Source: Hormiphora californensis | Lineage: Eukaryota; Animalia; Ctenophora | Assembly: GCA_020137815.1 (NCBI GenBank) | Contig: CM035353.1 | Span: 3,782,001 to 3,846,000, forward strand | Direction: 5' to 3' | DNA length: 64,000 bases | Part shown: piece by piece, positions 1 through 13,418 of the stretch | How positions within the stretch are numbered: the first letter of the stretch is position 1 | Layout of the letters: each line of letters opens with the position of its first letter | Notes under the pieces: model-generated | What the model was told of the DNA's origin: nothing | The model's database searches: none | Seen by the model: only the letters and a program-made list of their open reading frames with translations | Program-made: the position numbers and the translations under genes

Positions 1-2
1 TG

Positions 3-78
3 TGTCTATAATGCGTCTATAATGCGTTTATAATGCGTTTATAATGCGTCTATAGTACGTGGGTACTGCGTCTATAGT
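3..78. repeat. 11-bp tandem repeat (GTCTATAATGC-like), probably the subterminal region of an element truncated by the window edge
   Basis: Repeated gtctataatgc/gtttataatgc units at the start of the window. Confidence 0.7.
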
Positions 79-559
79 GCGATGCCCGCAAATGCAAAAT
101 TGCCCCTTTATTTCATCTTTGAGCATAACTTTGTATTATGGCTATAATATATTATCACCCATTCTCCCTCCAGGATCATGGACCTCGTAACAGAGCTTGA
201 GAAAATCCTCAACGATGAGTCAACCAAGGATGCAGCAACCCAAACCACACCGCAGACAGCTACATCCAACCCGACGCTGGACGAACTTCCTTCACTGATC
301 AGGAGGCTATTGGCTGAACTGCGACGTCGTTTTAGTCGAATCAAAACAATATGTCTCAAGCAGCTGAGGGCGTACATGATGAGAGGACGGATTCTTTTAG
401 ATAGAAATGAATTCAATTATTTATGGTGCAATAATACTATTAACTGTTACTTATAATAGCACATTCTTTATTCCCAGGCCAAAAAAAGGGGAGGCGAAAT
501 CGCGGCGATATGGATTGAGGGATTTCGTGGAACCAGCCTAAATACCTAGGCAAGCCCCA

Positions 560-727
560 GACGTACTTGACCGCTTTTGCTTTAATTCCGGGCAAAACGA
601 GGAGAAACGAACACACAGTGACAAACTAGGGTTTTCGTGGACGTCAGCCAAAGTGCTTAGGGGAGTCACAAGCCTTCCTTACCGCATTCTCGGCAATTTA
701 CCCGGTATCCATGTCCCTAAAGATTTG
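560..727 (+). repeat. Dispersed repeat, second diverged copy at ~8077-8286
   Basis: Shared blocks gacgtacttgaccgc, ctagggttttcgtggacgtcagccaaagtgcttaggg and cccggtatccatgtccctaaagattt. Confidence 0.8.
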
Positions 728-2397
728 GAGGAGAGGATCGATCAGGTCGGGCAGGAATGACCTGTCCACAGGTCATTTCTGCTGTGTTATCTGACTACCA
801 AGCAAAGCCCCCCAGGATCATTCGGATGTTGCAGACGTACTTTACGAGCCAGTATCAGATTTAGAAGAGCTGCAACATGCTGACGAGGAAATGAAAGAAC
901 CTGATTCGGAACTTTGGCAGTTTGTGGATACGGCTACGAACACTGACCTGACCTTTGGGGTAATAAACATGTTGGAGGCATTCCATATTACGATTAGCCT
1001 AACCATTCAGCAGCAGCCGCTACAGTTCCCTTCTGCATCTCAGCAGCAGCCGCTATATTTATAGGAAAAAAGAGGAAGACAACAAAAAACGGGAGGAGAT
1101 GGAGAGGAAATTAAAGGAAAAGATGGATCAAGAGGAAAAAGAGAGGACAATCAAAGAACTGAGGAGGAAACTGGATAGTTAGGGGCAGCTGTAGTCGAGT
1201 GACTGGGAAAAAATTTGTGACAAGCTGATTTCTTCACTAACGTGTCCCAATGGGTCCCCTCTAGCCCTCGAAAAGTCGGAGAGAGCTCCCCCGTCCTGGA
1301 CGAAATGCCATGCAGGGACAGATTGGCAAAGCCTTTCTGGGATAAGACACTTAACCAAACAGCGAGTGGAAGAAATACACGAGGAAGAACAGGGGAAGCA
1401 AATAGAGACTGTGGATCACGCGATATATTAAGGCTCCGACGTTTAGAGCTCCAGTTTTCGATGTGCACGAAGGAAATAAGTTTCATGGGCAAGGACTTTA
1501 TGTCGCTAGTAAAGTGGACTGATGAGAAGACGGGTCCAAATGGAAGGAATATAGAAATAGAAGTGAATGACAATGCGGTAGATTGGGAAAATTTAATAAG
1601 CACCACGGATGAGATGGAAATTACCTCGACATTTGATGAGCTTTGCAAACTCAACTGTTAAAAACATCTTAGAACCAATTATAGAAAGGTCAGTAAAGAC
1701 TAAAGGGGACAGGATTTGTGGGAGAATGGTCGGCTCTCGTTTTAATTATTATTACACTAGTTTGATGGTCCCACGGAACATAAAGGACATCCTACAGTTA
1801 GGAAATTATCAGGATGGAAGCCGCGACGAGTCCCAGATACAGCAGTTACAGCATCACCTCCAGAATGAGGTAAACAACCTCTTCTGGGTTACCAATGTTG
1901 ATAGAGATTCAGCAGAAGCAATTCAAAGTTTAATTTTTCTAGTTTTCAGCCAATGTGTATTCAGAGAAAAGTTCCGAGAAGATTATGCTGAAATAGCGAG
2001 GGAGGAGAACATTCAACGGGATTTTTAGGACACCTTGACAGATAATATGAGTCAACCTAAATGCGCTCGATAGGGGAGCTATGGAGAATAGGCTATAGGA
2101 GAGCGATGACATGCAGCTGATGCAAAGGATATCTACACAGATGTCCATGTCCCAACACCTCTGGTTCCTATACTGGAATGAGGTGGAACTTGCATTTTAT
2201 GTACACGGGAACGCGTGCAGAGGAACCGGAATAGCCGCTTCCCTTTCCAGAGAATGATCTCATCATTCCTGCCCGCTCCCTGGGTTACAATTAAATCACG
2301 TGAGTCTGTGTCGACGATCGACGAATATTCCAATGGTAAAGAATTTCTAAACGTGAGAATGCAGCGAGTGAAGATACTATCTATCTTGTTCCGATAT

Positions 2398-2535
2398 AAT
2401 GATGTATACAGTAATGATTATAAAATTAAATTTGCTCTTAAAATGACAGAAATTGCAACCCTTCAGCACCATCGAGATGCAAAAGTAACGGAACTGAACC
2501 CGGAAATATCGATTGTTCTAGAAATAATAATTGAA
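2398..2535 (+). repeat. Dispersed repeat, second copy at ~5234-5347
   Basis: Shared tacagtaatgattataaaattaaatttgc...cttcagcaccatcgagatgcaaaa...ctagaaataataattgaa. Confidence 0.8.
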
Positions 2536-3604
2536 TGTTATAATTGTATGTTATACATGTCCTTGATCCTCACGGCCCAGTCACGCCTTCCCTCGGAAGC
2601 GTAAGTGGTGCGTGAGGAAAGCTCACTTCGATTTTCCCGTCTTTTAGTGTCACTCCTAACAGGCAGAAAGATTGCCCGATATGCGTGGAAGAAATAGGAA
2701 GCAGATCCAGCTGACAGTGCACCTACCCTACCAGAAATCAAACGATCGATTCATCTCAAAAATGGACGACTTCGTTCGATCCAGTCGATCGATTAGTCGC
2801 AGGACTTCGCTCGACCATCGCTCGACTGATCGACCGAAATCGACCGCCGTGTTGCTATGGTGTTGTTCCAGGCTGCGCGCGCTTGTCTAGCGGAAAAGTC
2901 TCGCGCGTTACATGACTGAAAGGCTGAGCAGGTTTTCACACCTACTCAGTATGTGTGAAACAAGTCGGTGGCAGTAGCCAAGCATGATAACGAGATGTGT
3001 CACGTGCACTCTTCTATACCAAGTTAATCACACCGATACCGATCACATGACACTGATAGGGAGGTATCATGTGACTCTCATATCACTTGGATCACATATC
3101 GATCACATGACACTGTGTCCCTGGATCAATGGATCAAATACTGTCCCTATACTCCCCCTCTTTTAGAACAGGCGGTGAGGGAAAGGAGAATAATGTATGA
3201 TTCTTCTCTCTCTCACCTCCAGTTCTAAAAGAGGGGGAGTATTATAGTATACTATTATAACGAAAATGGACGTTCTGGGCTGATATTTTAATTCTATTTT
3301 TAACACCTCCTTAATTTCAGGTGAGTCCAAGAGATAAATTGTTTTCTTCAAACCCATTTTGAGGATCAAACAAAGCAAGAGATAAAAAGGATAACAGTGA
3401 ATTCATCTGCAGCACATTGCGTTTTGGGAAAGTTGAATCAGCCGTAAGAAAAGCATTCTACTTGACGCTGCCTGCTGCCTAGTCGAGCTGTCCCTTCTAA
3501 ATTGAAACCAAAAATCACATAAAAAACATTCCAAATTCAATTGCTTATACAGAAACTGTGCATTGTCCAATCCGATTCGGGGAAATGTCAGCTATATATA
3601 TATA

Positions 3605-4886
3605 CACGGTGTCCCTTAAGGAGGTGAAACCTCGACTAGATAAAGTTTTTTGGAGACCGGACCTAGGTCACGTATTTTTGACCGAGGAATCCGAAAAACA
3701 TAAAATTAAAATCGAAAACGTAGCGGTTTTTGCGTAAAACGGCAAAAACTGTCATTTTTCAGCGATTTTCGACTTTTTACGCTTTCTAGAGATTTAAAAA
3801 ATATTTCCTTACAAGATATGATATTGTGCTTCTAGACTAATAAAATACAATCGATTTGCTACAAATTGGTCCCGGGTTTGTGTGATTTGGTCAAAAGCTC
3901 TCTTTACTGTGGCCCATCAAAGATGGCCACTCTGCAAATACGTATTTGGCTCCTGTGGCTGCAGATGTAAACCAAAAGAAGATTTATTATACACCAAAAT
4001 TTGCGTCTTCTCAAGGCGAACAACCTGGTTTTTACGGCATTCCATTTCATGCAGGCGTTGAGGAGTTAAAGCAGAAAAACTGGTACAGTGGATTTCGGAA
4101 ATACCCCTACTTCAACAATTCTGTCCACAGGGGACTAAGTTGGTGCACTGGAGGTGACATTTTATTCGTATTGCATTTTTAGACAGATTTGCTGTTTTTC
4201 AGGGCTTTTAGAGGGTGTTTTCAAGGCAAATATAAGCACTTTTATTTTGGCTATAGCTTCTAAACGAAATAAGTTAGACACTTCCCGTTTTTTGCATCAC
4301 GTTGGCATTTGTCTGAGCTTCATTTTCATGTATGAAGATGTATATTTTTCGAAATCTTATCTGGATTAGGGTTTGTTGAAGTAGGGGTATTTCCGAAATC
4401 CACTGTACCAGTTTTTCTGCTTTAACTCCTCAACGCCTGCATGAAATGGAATGCCGTAAAAACCAGGTTGTTCGCCTTGAGAAGACGCAAATTTTGGTGT
4501 ATAATAAATCTTCTTTTGGTTTACATCTGCAGCCACAGGAGCCAAATACGTATTTGCAGAGTGGCCATCTTTGATGGGCCACAGTAAAGAGAGCTTTTGA
4601 CCAAATCACACAAACCCGGGACCAATTTGTAGCAAATCGATTGTATTTTATTAGTCTAGAAGCACAAGATCATATCTTGTAAGGAAATATTTTTTAAATC
4701 TCTAGAAAGCGTAAAAAGTCGAAAATCGCTGAAAAATGACAGTTTTTGCCGTTTTACGCAAAAACCGCTACGTTTTCGATTTTAATTTTATGTTTTTCGG
4801 ATTCCTCGGTCAAAAATACGTAACCTAGGTCCGGTCTCCAAAAAACTTTATCTAGTCGAGGTTTCACCTTCTTAAGGGACACCGTG
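3605..4886. mobile_element. Non-autonomous Tc1/mariner-type foldback element (~514-bp inverted arms, ~250-bp spacer)
   Basis: TA|CACGGTGTCCCTTAAG...CTTAAGGGACACCGTG|TA; arms 3605-4118 and 4373-4886 are near-perfect reverse complements; no transposase ORF. Confidence 0.92.
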
Positions 4887-5404
4887 TATAGGAACACTGC
4901 ACCTGGTAAACAACTGTACGTTAGAAGCAGTATCAATTGATATTGGACTGGGGCCGACTGACATTATTTATAGCAAATATAGCGTATTATATTATTTATA
5001 AAGGATATTATATTATTTTAGGATAGGAGGAAGATTCAGGAGGATGTATCTTAACCGGTTTCACGCGTGATCATGATTTGGGATCTTCCCAGGATTTGAG
5101 GACACGTGATAAGAAACAATGGGAATTGCTGAACGTATTCGAACACATTCCCATTCCCACATTCTATCAAATATTGAAGAGCCACTCTCGGATAACAAAA
5201 AGGCCAGTTCAAAAATAAGAAAATCGATATAATGATTTATACAGTAATGATTATAAAATTAAATTTGCAACCCTTCAGCACCATCGAGATGCAAAATTAA
5301 CGGAACTGAACCCGGAAATATTGATTCTTCTAGAAATAATAATTGAAGAGGAAAACATGAACCGGTTCGAGTATTTCCATGTACCACATTGAAAAGGAAA
5401 ATTT

Positions 5405-6034
5405 TTGGGAACGCTGCTGTACCCGGCCCAAGCAGTGCTTGCGCCAGTTAAATTGAGGCTGATCCGTCAGGGAAAAACGGAATCAGTTCTCGATTTTGGG
5501 ATCAGGGTGGCGAACCTCTGGGTGGAGGCGATCGGAGAAGGCTCCGATCGCGATGAAAATGTCATCTATGCCTTCACAACGGGGCTAGATGATGGCCGAG
5601 CAGGCGATGCCCCCAAATGGGGTGGAGCGAACCAACAGACCATCAACGTGGTGGACACAGTCAACCCCGCACCGGGGCCTAGTGGGGGCCAGGAGGCCGG
5701 CATACTAAGGTACAAACATACTTGTACGTTCGGGGGGACTGGGAGGCGTTTTGTACTCGGTTCGAGGATTTCCTGGAGGCCCAGGGAATCCCCGAGCAGA
5801 GGCACTTTAAGTGCATCCTAATGTACCTCGATGACAAATCATACGGGAGGGTGCGAACAGCCACCTTCCCGAAGGAAGTGTACAAGAATGAGGACGACAA
5901 GTCGTATGTCGTCCTGGCAAAAGCCAGAAAATTCTTGGGGGGCTGCTAGACCCTGCACAGGCGGTACCCGCGCCGGTAAAATTGAGGCTGATCAATCAGG
6001 GTAAGACGGAATCAGTCCTCGATTTTGGGATCAG
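5405..6034 (+). pseudogene. Rearranged, frameshifted LTR-retrotransposon (Ty3/Gypsy-like) Gag fragments
   Basis: KLRLIRQGKTESVLDFGIRV resembles the retrotransposon Gag Q-G-x-x-E-S-V-x-x-[FY] major-homology motif; GDWEAFCTRFEDFLEAQGI resembles a capsid N-terminal segment; frameshifts at G-runs. Confidence 0.65.
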
Positions 6035-6126
6035 CGACGCGAGTAATATTATAGCAATCCTCGTAGTATAATTATTTTACAGCTAAATTAATTGATACTA
6101 GAGCGGAGTCGCTGAGTTTGTTCTTA

Positions 6127-6486
6127 CCCTGCTGGAATAGAATCGTTCAATATACTCAATATAAACGCGATCTAGCAGGCTAATTGTTCAATAATTGATT
6201 GGATATTGAGGTGCTTGCGCGATTTATTGTTCAATTTCACGTCAATATACCTCAATAAGACCACGATATATCGAGGACAATAGAACACATGGGAATAATT
6301 GAACAATAAATCGCTCGGAAACCTCAATTATTGAACAATACCGCAATCGTGGTTTTATTGAGGTACATCGAGGTAAAATTGAACAATAAATCGCGCAAGA
6401 ACCTCAATATCCAATCAATTATTGAACAATATGAGTGCTAAATCGCAGTCATATTGAGGATATTGAACAATTCTATTCCGGCAGGG
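6127..6486. mobile_element. 360-bp MITE with TA target duplication
   Basis: TA|CCCTGCTGGAATAGAAT...ATTCTATTCCGGCAGGG|TA; empty site gagtttgttct-TA-gaagtagggg at ~7250-7270; internal ATTGAACAAT repeats. Confidence 0.93.
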
Positions 6487-6668
6487 TAGAAGTAGGGGAC
6501 GTAGGGTCGCCCTACTGAGAGACAATTAATAATTCGAGTTAGGTCCAGAGACAGAAGGGGAGGGGAGCGGTGTGATTATTTCGGGGGGAGGTTTGACTAG
6601 TTATTTTAATTCAAATCGTATAATTAGTTTGAGACTAACCCGAACCCCGCCTCCCCCACGAGGTAACG

Positions 6669-7170
6669 ATGAACAACGTCGACGATATTTTAACAATCCA
6701 GAATGAGGAACAGCTTCCAGAACTCCCGGTGGAGGCGATCCTGGAGAGGCCCCCAACTGGGGGCACCACGGTGGAAACTGCAGCTGTGGTGAACACCACT
6801 ACTTCATCCATCACCGGCGGCCAGGAGGCCGTATTAAGGTACAAGTTTACATACTCATTCGGGGGGGACTGGGAGGCTTTCTGCACGAGGTTCGAGGATT
6901 TCCTGGAGGCACAGGGAATCCCCGAACAGAGGCATTTCAAGTGCATCCTTATGTACCTGGATGACAAATCATATGGGAGGGTACGAACAGCCACCTTCCC
7001 AAAGGAAGTGTACAAGGACGAGGACGACAAGTCGTATGTCGTCCTGGCAAAAGCCAGGAAATTCTTGGGGGGGGGGGGCTGCTAGACCCTGCACAGGCGG
7101 TACTCGCGCCGGTAAAATTGAGGCTGATCCGTCAGGGTAAGACGGAATCAGTCCTCGATTTTGGGATCAG
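6669..7170 (+). pseudogene. Gag-like ORF remnant, copy 2
   Basis: 138-aa ORF MNNVDDIL...GDWEAFCTRFEDF...; continues after a poly-G frameshift into LDPAQAVLAPVKLRLIRQGKTESVLDF; truncated at ~7170. Confidence 0.65.
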
Positions 7171-7431
7171 CGACGCGAGTAATATTATAGCAATCCTCGT
7201 AGTATAATTATTTTACAGCTAAATTAATTGATACTAGAGCGGAGTCGCTGAGTTTGTTCTTAGAAGTAGGGGACGTAGGGTCGCCCTACTGAGAGACAAT
7301 TAATAATTCGAGTTAGGTCCAGAGACAGAAGGGGAGGGGAGCGGTGTGACTATTTCGGGGGAAGGTTTGTCTAGTTATTTTAATTCAGATCATTTAATTA
7401 GTTTGATAACTAACCCGAACCCCGTTTCCCC

Positions 7432-8045
7432 CATGAGGTACACGATGAACAACACAAACATCGAAGATATATTGCTCATCCAGAATGAGGAGCAGATACC
7501 TGATCTCCCGGAGGAGGCGATCCTGGCGAGGCCCCCAACTGGGGGCACCACGGTGGAAACTGCAGCTGTGGTGAACACCGCTACTCCATCTATCACTACC
7601 GGCGGCCAGGAGGCCGTATTAAGGTACAAATTTACGTACACGTTCGGGGGGACTGGGAGGCATTCTGTACCAGGTTCGAGGATTTCCTGGAGGCCCAGGG
7701 AATCCCCGATCAGAGGCACTTTAAGTGCATATAACTAATGTACCTCGACGACAAGTCCTACGGGAGGGTGCGCACAGCCACGTTCCCGAAGGAAGTGTAC
7801 AAGGATGAAAACGACAAGTCGTATGTCGTCCTGGCAAAAGCCAGAAATGAGAAAATTCATGGGGGCTGCTAGACCCTACACAGGCGGTACCCGCGCCGGT
7901 AAAATTGAGGCTGATCCGTCAGGGAAAAACGGAATCAGTTCTCGATTTTGGGATCAGGGTGGCGAATTTCGGGGTGAAAGCAATTGGAAACGGCTTCGAT
8001 TGTGACGAAAACGTCATTTACGCGTTCACCACGGGGCTAGATGAT
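7432..8045 (+). pseudogene. Gag-like ORF remnant, copy 3 (longest, several frameshifts)
   Basis: Same peptide blocks through ...DENVIYAFTTGLDD. Confidence 0.65.
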
Positions 8046-10528
8046 TGGAACCGGATCCGCCAGCCTAAAAGCCACAGACGTACTTGACCGCCTTTGCTTC
8101 TATCGACCTGATATCCAAAGACGTAGAGAATCAGAATCCTTCAAACCCGGGCCAAAAAAAGGGAAGCTAAAACACAGTGACAAGCTAGGGTTTTCGTGGA
8201 CGTCAGCCAAAGTGCTTAGGGAAGCCACAAGCCTACCTTACTACTTTCTCGGCAATTGACCCGGTATCCATGTCCCTAAAGATTTAGACGATCAATCCAG
8301 TCGCGGCCGTATATTTCAACCGAAATCTTAACAGTCCACGAGATGGGTCTTTACGAGAGGTCCTAAAGTAAAATTCGGTTTCACCTCATTTTTTGTGTGG
8401 AGGGAATTGTTGTATTGTGACATTGTTTTGTTAGTTAGGGAAACAGCAAAACTTCATCATGGCATTCTCAGCGAATATAGACACAGCGTCGATATATCTA
8501 AGAGTTTGGAAGAAAATATTAACATGAAGAGTAATATTAAATCCGTATTTTATATTATAGCAGAGTTATTGACGGTCAACTCCAAATGAGCCCGACGGAA
8601 ATGAGGACTCGCCAGGAGCACCCGACAACTAGTACCACCCAGAATGAAACGATCTGAGAGGAGCGGGGATTTGGTCCAACTGGATGAAACCGAGGACCCA
8701 GTAAGGAGGGCGGGAACGCAGCAAGAGGTGACAGCAGGAACACTACCCTTTCCTGGACCTGAGAGCAATATATTCAAAAGCGTTCGGAAGGGACTTAGCA
8801 GAAAATAATCCATATTTGGACCCCTGCAGTGTGAGACGGAAGACAGGATACAGGAAGAAGTTCGTCACATTTGCAGTAGAGGAGGTAGGAGGAGGACTGT
8901 TACCGCATTGCCGTGATAAAGAAGAAGGGAAGGACCCAGGAAAGGGATGTATGCACTCACCAGGGTGTCCTAACGCAGCTCAGGAACCACTGAGAAATAT
9001 TGAAGGTAATAGAAGAAAAATTATTATATTACAAAGGATAATTAATGGATGGGTAGTATACAAGGGAATAAGGGAATAAGAACCCATTTAGACAAAATAC
9101 GACAGTACGATCTAATTCTTCGATCGTTTGATTATATAGAATAACATTACCGGGACGCGGAGGAATGCGCCTGTTCAGAGTGGGATGGAGAGATTGGGAA
9201 ACGAGCAAGACTATTTAAGCCCAACTCTGGAGCAGGGCTAACAGTTCCCAACCACCTAGTTTAGTGACTGCAACCGCTCGCCCTCCCCCTCGCGGCTCGT
9301 TCCCCTTTTGAAGATGAGATGAGTATCGAGTAGGAAATGCGCTGAGAGTTTAAGTATTTATATGACGTATTGTTGTGAACCGTTCTCTCATTATTAGTTC
9401 ATACTCCCCTCATATGCGAGGTTACTCTGCTTACACTCTGGTATCGGTAGCATAGTTCTAGTTGGGCCCTGGTGATGAAGGCATGTGTACTGCCCCTATT
9501 CTAGGAGGGAATACCTAGAACCTAATTGCAATACAAATACCCGACCTCTATAGCTATTAGAGTCGCTGTAGCTGGTTGAGCTACGGGAGCTAGAGCTATC
9601 ATATCTGAGCTATATTCTAGTGGTATGGCATTGGGTAAGTACAATGAGTACTTACTTACTTACTTGACAATGAGTAGTACACCTCTAATTGCGTACACAT
9701 CAGTGACAAAAACGGAATGGGAACAATTTATTAGATTCAGAGCATGGACAGATAGGGAAAATTTTGAGAGCTATACAGCATCACCGCATCCAGAATTCCA
9801 GAAACATTGAGGTGATCGTGAAAGGGAAGTCAACATCACGACAAGGAACATCAGGGAGATAGAAAAATCGATCAATAAATTTCACAATCCGGCTATCATC
9901 GTTGGATTCCACATGGAATCACGAAAACAAATCTAGATGCGCCCAGAAAATTAAGGGAAGTAAGGATACAACCTTTCAGCACTACAGAATTACAGAAAGA
10001 AATGAATCCAGAAATTAGGGTTCTTTGTTGTGTATCCTTTTATGACATCGTCATAAAAGTGGAAAACATGTGGATATTTGAGAACCTCGGTTTCGCACAC
10101 TACCTCTCTCTTGTAGTTTTCGATTCATATGGGCGAGTATGGAGATTGAGGCGGAAATATTATAACAGATATAACTGCAACGTAAAGCTAGCCAAGATAT
10201 ATAACTGTTCGAGCATTTAATTCGGGCGTTTCTTTCGTGGTCCCGCAATCCGGACGACAAGACATTATATGGAGGAAAAAGTAAAACGTCACATGTCACA
10301 TCATATATTGGCAAAACTCCAAAGAGCGGCTACTAAAGAATTGCGAAAGCTTTGTGGGAAGACGTAAAACCGGTAAGAGACGCAGTAAGGAAGATATAAT
10401 ACTGATGGCTCGAGCTGTTTCTTGTCAGTATTTCGGCATTTCTCGACAGAAGCTGAGATTGCACATTAAGGTATCCGGGATCGGATAGTGTTATGTATAT
10501 GTCATACTACGATTATGTCATGTTTAAT

Positions 10529-12701
10529 GGTGACCTACAACTATGGCTCATGCAACTATGGCTCATAGAATCTATGAGCCATAGATGCATGCAACTATGG
10601 CTCATAGATTCTATGAGCCATAGATGCATACAACTATGGCTCATAGAAATGTGATCTGATTAGGTTCTATGAGCCAAAGCTAGTGAGAGTGAGAGGGACG
10701 TGAGTGACACGTGAGTGACACGTGAGTGACACGTGAGTGACACGTGAGTGACACATGAGAGATCGAATCATATAATATTGAATGAGCACAAATGTAAACG
10801 GTTTACATAATAATAAATCTAATATTACATAATTAAAATTACACTATCAGTTCATCTTGGATATAATGGTAAAAGGGGTCCTTCTTTGGACAGTTCATAG
10901 AGCTTTTCACGTGAATCAGCAGCTCCTTAACACGATGTGTATTCAAATCTATGATCGGGTAGGTACTAAACAGCCGCCTTGCATTATCACTATCAGGATC
11001 CACAGTAAAAAAACTCTCCAACAGGTCTGATTTTCGAGAAAGTAGTATAGGTAGGATGTTCCCAGAAATTGCCTGGCTAAAGTTTCTGATCTTTCACACT
11101 CTTCCAAAACCTCCCGGTATTCGTTGAACGTTGTAGTGTTGTTAGTGACGTCTATAACAATTATAGCCAGTGAATCCACTAACAAATTCTAATGAGCGGG
11201 ATGAATATGTGAATATCCATCCCCCTCACTGACACGATTCTGGGATGCTTCATTAGCAGAGTGAAACGATACGAGATACGAAACTTATGATTCGGGGGAG
11301 CTCATTAGCAGTGTGAGACGATGCGGTATGTGGAACATGATTCGGGGAAGCTTATTAAGGAGTGTTAGACGATATGAGACACGATTCGGAGACTGTTTTA
11401 TCGCTCTTTCTATCTATCTCTATCTATCTCTATCTCTTTTTGTCAATTATCTTGGACTTGAGAGTTGCCTACCCTTACTATAATGCGAGCTGACGCTACA
11501 CACTTGGTGAGTTTAGTGCCCTTATTTTTGGCAATGAGAGCCTATCGGCTCGGCCGCATTGTTTTTAGGAGGATATGTTATTTTAGATGGAATGCGTTGG
11601 GTTTTATTTATTTTCGAGTCTTGCCAAACAGACCAAATTCAAACCATTCCATCTAAAACAACAACATATCCCCCTAAAAATAACGGGGCTGGACAAAAAT
11701 AAGGGCACCAAAGTGTATAGCTTCTTCGCATTAGTATGGGTAGGAACTAGGTATCTCATCTGGTTCTCAAGATAATTGACAAAAAGAGATAGAGATAGAT
11801 AGAAAGAGCGATAAAACAGTCTCCGAATCGTGTCTCATATCGTCTAACACTCCTTAATAAGCTTCCCCGAATCATGTTCCACATACCGTATCGTCTCACA
11901 CTGCTAATGAGCTCCCCCGAATCATAAGTTTCGTATCTCGTATCGTTTCACTCTGCTAATGAAGCATCCCAGAATCGTGTCAGTGAGGGGGATGGATATG
12001 TGACACTGTCACATATTCATCCCGCTCATTAGAATTTGTTAGTGGATTCACTGGCTATAATTGTTATAGACGTCACTAACAACACTACAACGTTCAACGA
12101 GTACCGGGAGGTTTTGGAAGAGTGTGAAAGATCAGAAACTTTAGCCAGGCAATTTCTGGGAACATCCTACCTATACTACTTTCTCGAAAATCAGACCTGT
12201 TGGAGAGTTTTTTTACTGTGGATCCTGATAGTGATAATGCAAGGCGGCTGTTTAGTACCTACCAGATCACAGATCTGAATAAGCAGCTGCTGATTCACGT
12301 GAAAAGCTCTATGAACTGTCCAAAGAAGGACCCCTTTTACCATTATATCCAAGATGAACTGATAGTGTAATTTAATTATGTAATATTAGATTTATTATTA
12401 TGTAAATCGTTTACATTTGTGCTCATTCAATATTATATGATTCGATCTCTCACGTGTCACTCACGTGTCACTCACGTGTCACTCACGTGTCACTCACGTG
12501 TCACTCGCGTGTCACTCACGTGTCACTCACGTCCCTCTCACTCTCACTAGCTTTGGCTCATAGAACCTAATCAGATCACATTTCTATGAGCCATAGTTGT
12601 ATGCATCTATGGCTCATAGAATCTATGAGCCATAGTTGCATGCATCTATGGCTCATAGATTCTATGAGCCATAGTTGCATGAGCCATAGTTGTAGGTAAT
12701 C
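10529..12701. mobile_element. 2.17-kb foldback DNA transposon, MULE- or Merlin-like, 9-bp TSD
   Basis: TSD ATGTTTAAT at 10520-10528 and 12702-12710; empty site catactacgattatgtcatgtttaatgcgtgagcg at ~13651-13685; ~925-bp inverted arms; termini GGTGACCTAC/GTAGGTAATC. Confidence 0.92.
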
Positions 12702-13012
12702 ATGTTTAATGCGTGAGCGTTGAATTGTACTGATATGACACTTCTTGGTTTGGTACTACATTCATTTCAATTGGAGCCTGATTAAAAACCAATTGTTTGA
12801 TGACGGATCTCACTAAGACACAGATAAGTGAGCGCGTTGATCAGTTAATAAAGGACGATCTCAGATCAATGATTACAGGTTTTCTAAGTTTAAATCCCAA
12901 GACGCAAGAGCAGGTGGAGAGAACGTACTAAAGGTTCTTAAAGATAATTATATTCTTTAAAGTTGTCAAATACAGGGGATAAGAGGAGAGCTACTCACGC
13001 TTCTATTTTACA

Positions 13013-13418
13013 GGGTACGAGTGACGTAAAGATTGACCCAGAGATTCACTCTGAAGATTGGGGATCCAGTTACAGCGCGAACCTGGAATTGGATACAGGA
13101 GTATCTAGATACCATTATCGAGGACTGACGGGACACCCTCCAGACCGAGCTATCGGCCCCAATACAGTGTTTTTCAGATTTATTGGTGGTATTGAACAGG
13201 ATACAGATTCTGGCCAATATCACGAAAGGTCTTTCGGACATGGCCCTAGGTTATTTATTCCAGTGTCCATTTTAAAGCGTCATCCAGCCCACACATCTAC
13301 AAATGTGGATGTCTTAAAGGAGGAATTAAAGTTCTATATTTTCGGGCGTTTCGATTTCTTTATAGAGTGCATTGATTATGTAAAGAGTAACTTAACGAGT
13401 ACAATAGTACTATTATAA
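13013..13418 (+). other. Possible isolated coding exon of unknown function
   Basis: Acceptor-like tctattttacAG precedes ~134 open codons of ordinary composition; no family recognised. Confidence 0.25.

Noticed and set aside
178-2604. Overlapping 90-170-aa ORFs as a gene or retroelement ORF
   Set aside because: Looks like decayed coding sequence, but no motif could be recognised and frames are broken, so no product is assigned
9255-9452. LTR end plus primer-binding site (ttaca-ctc-TGGTATCGGTAGC)
   Set aside because: No second LTR copy, no recognisable tRNA complement and no downstream gag-pol
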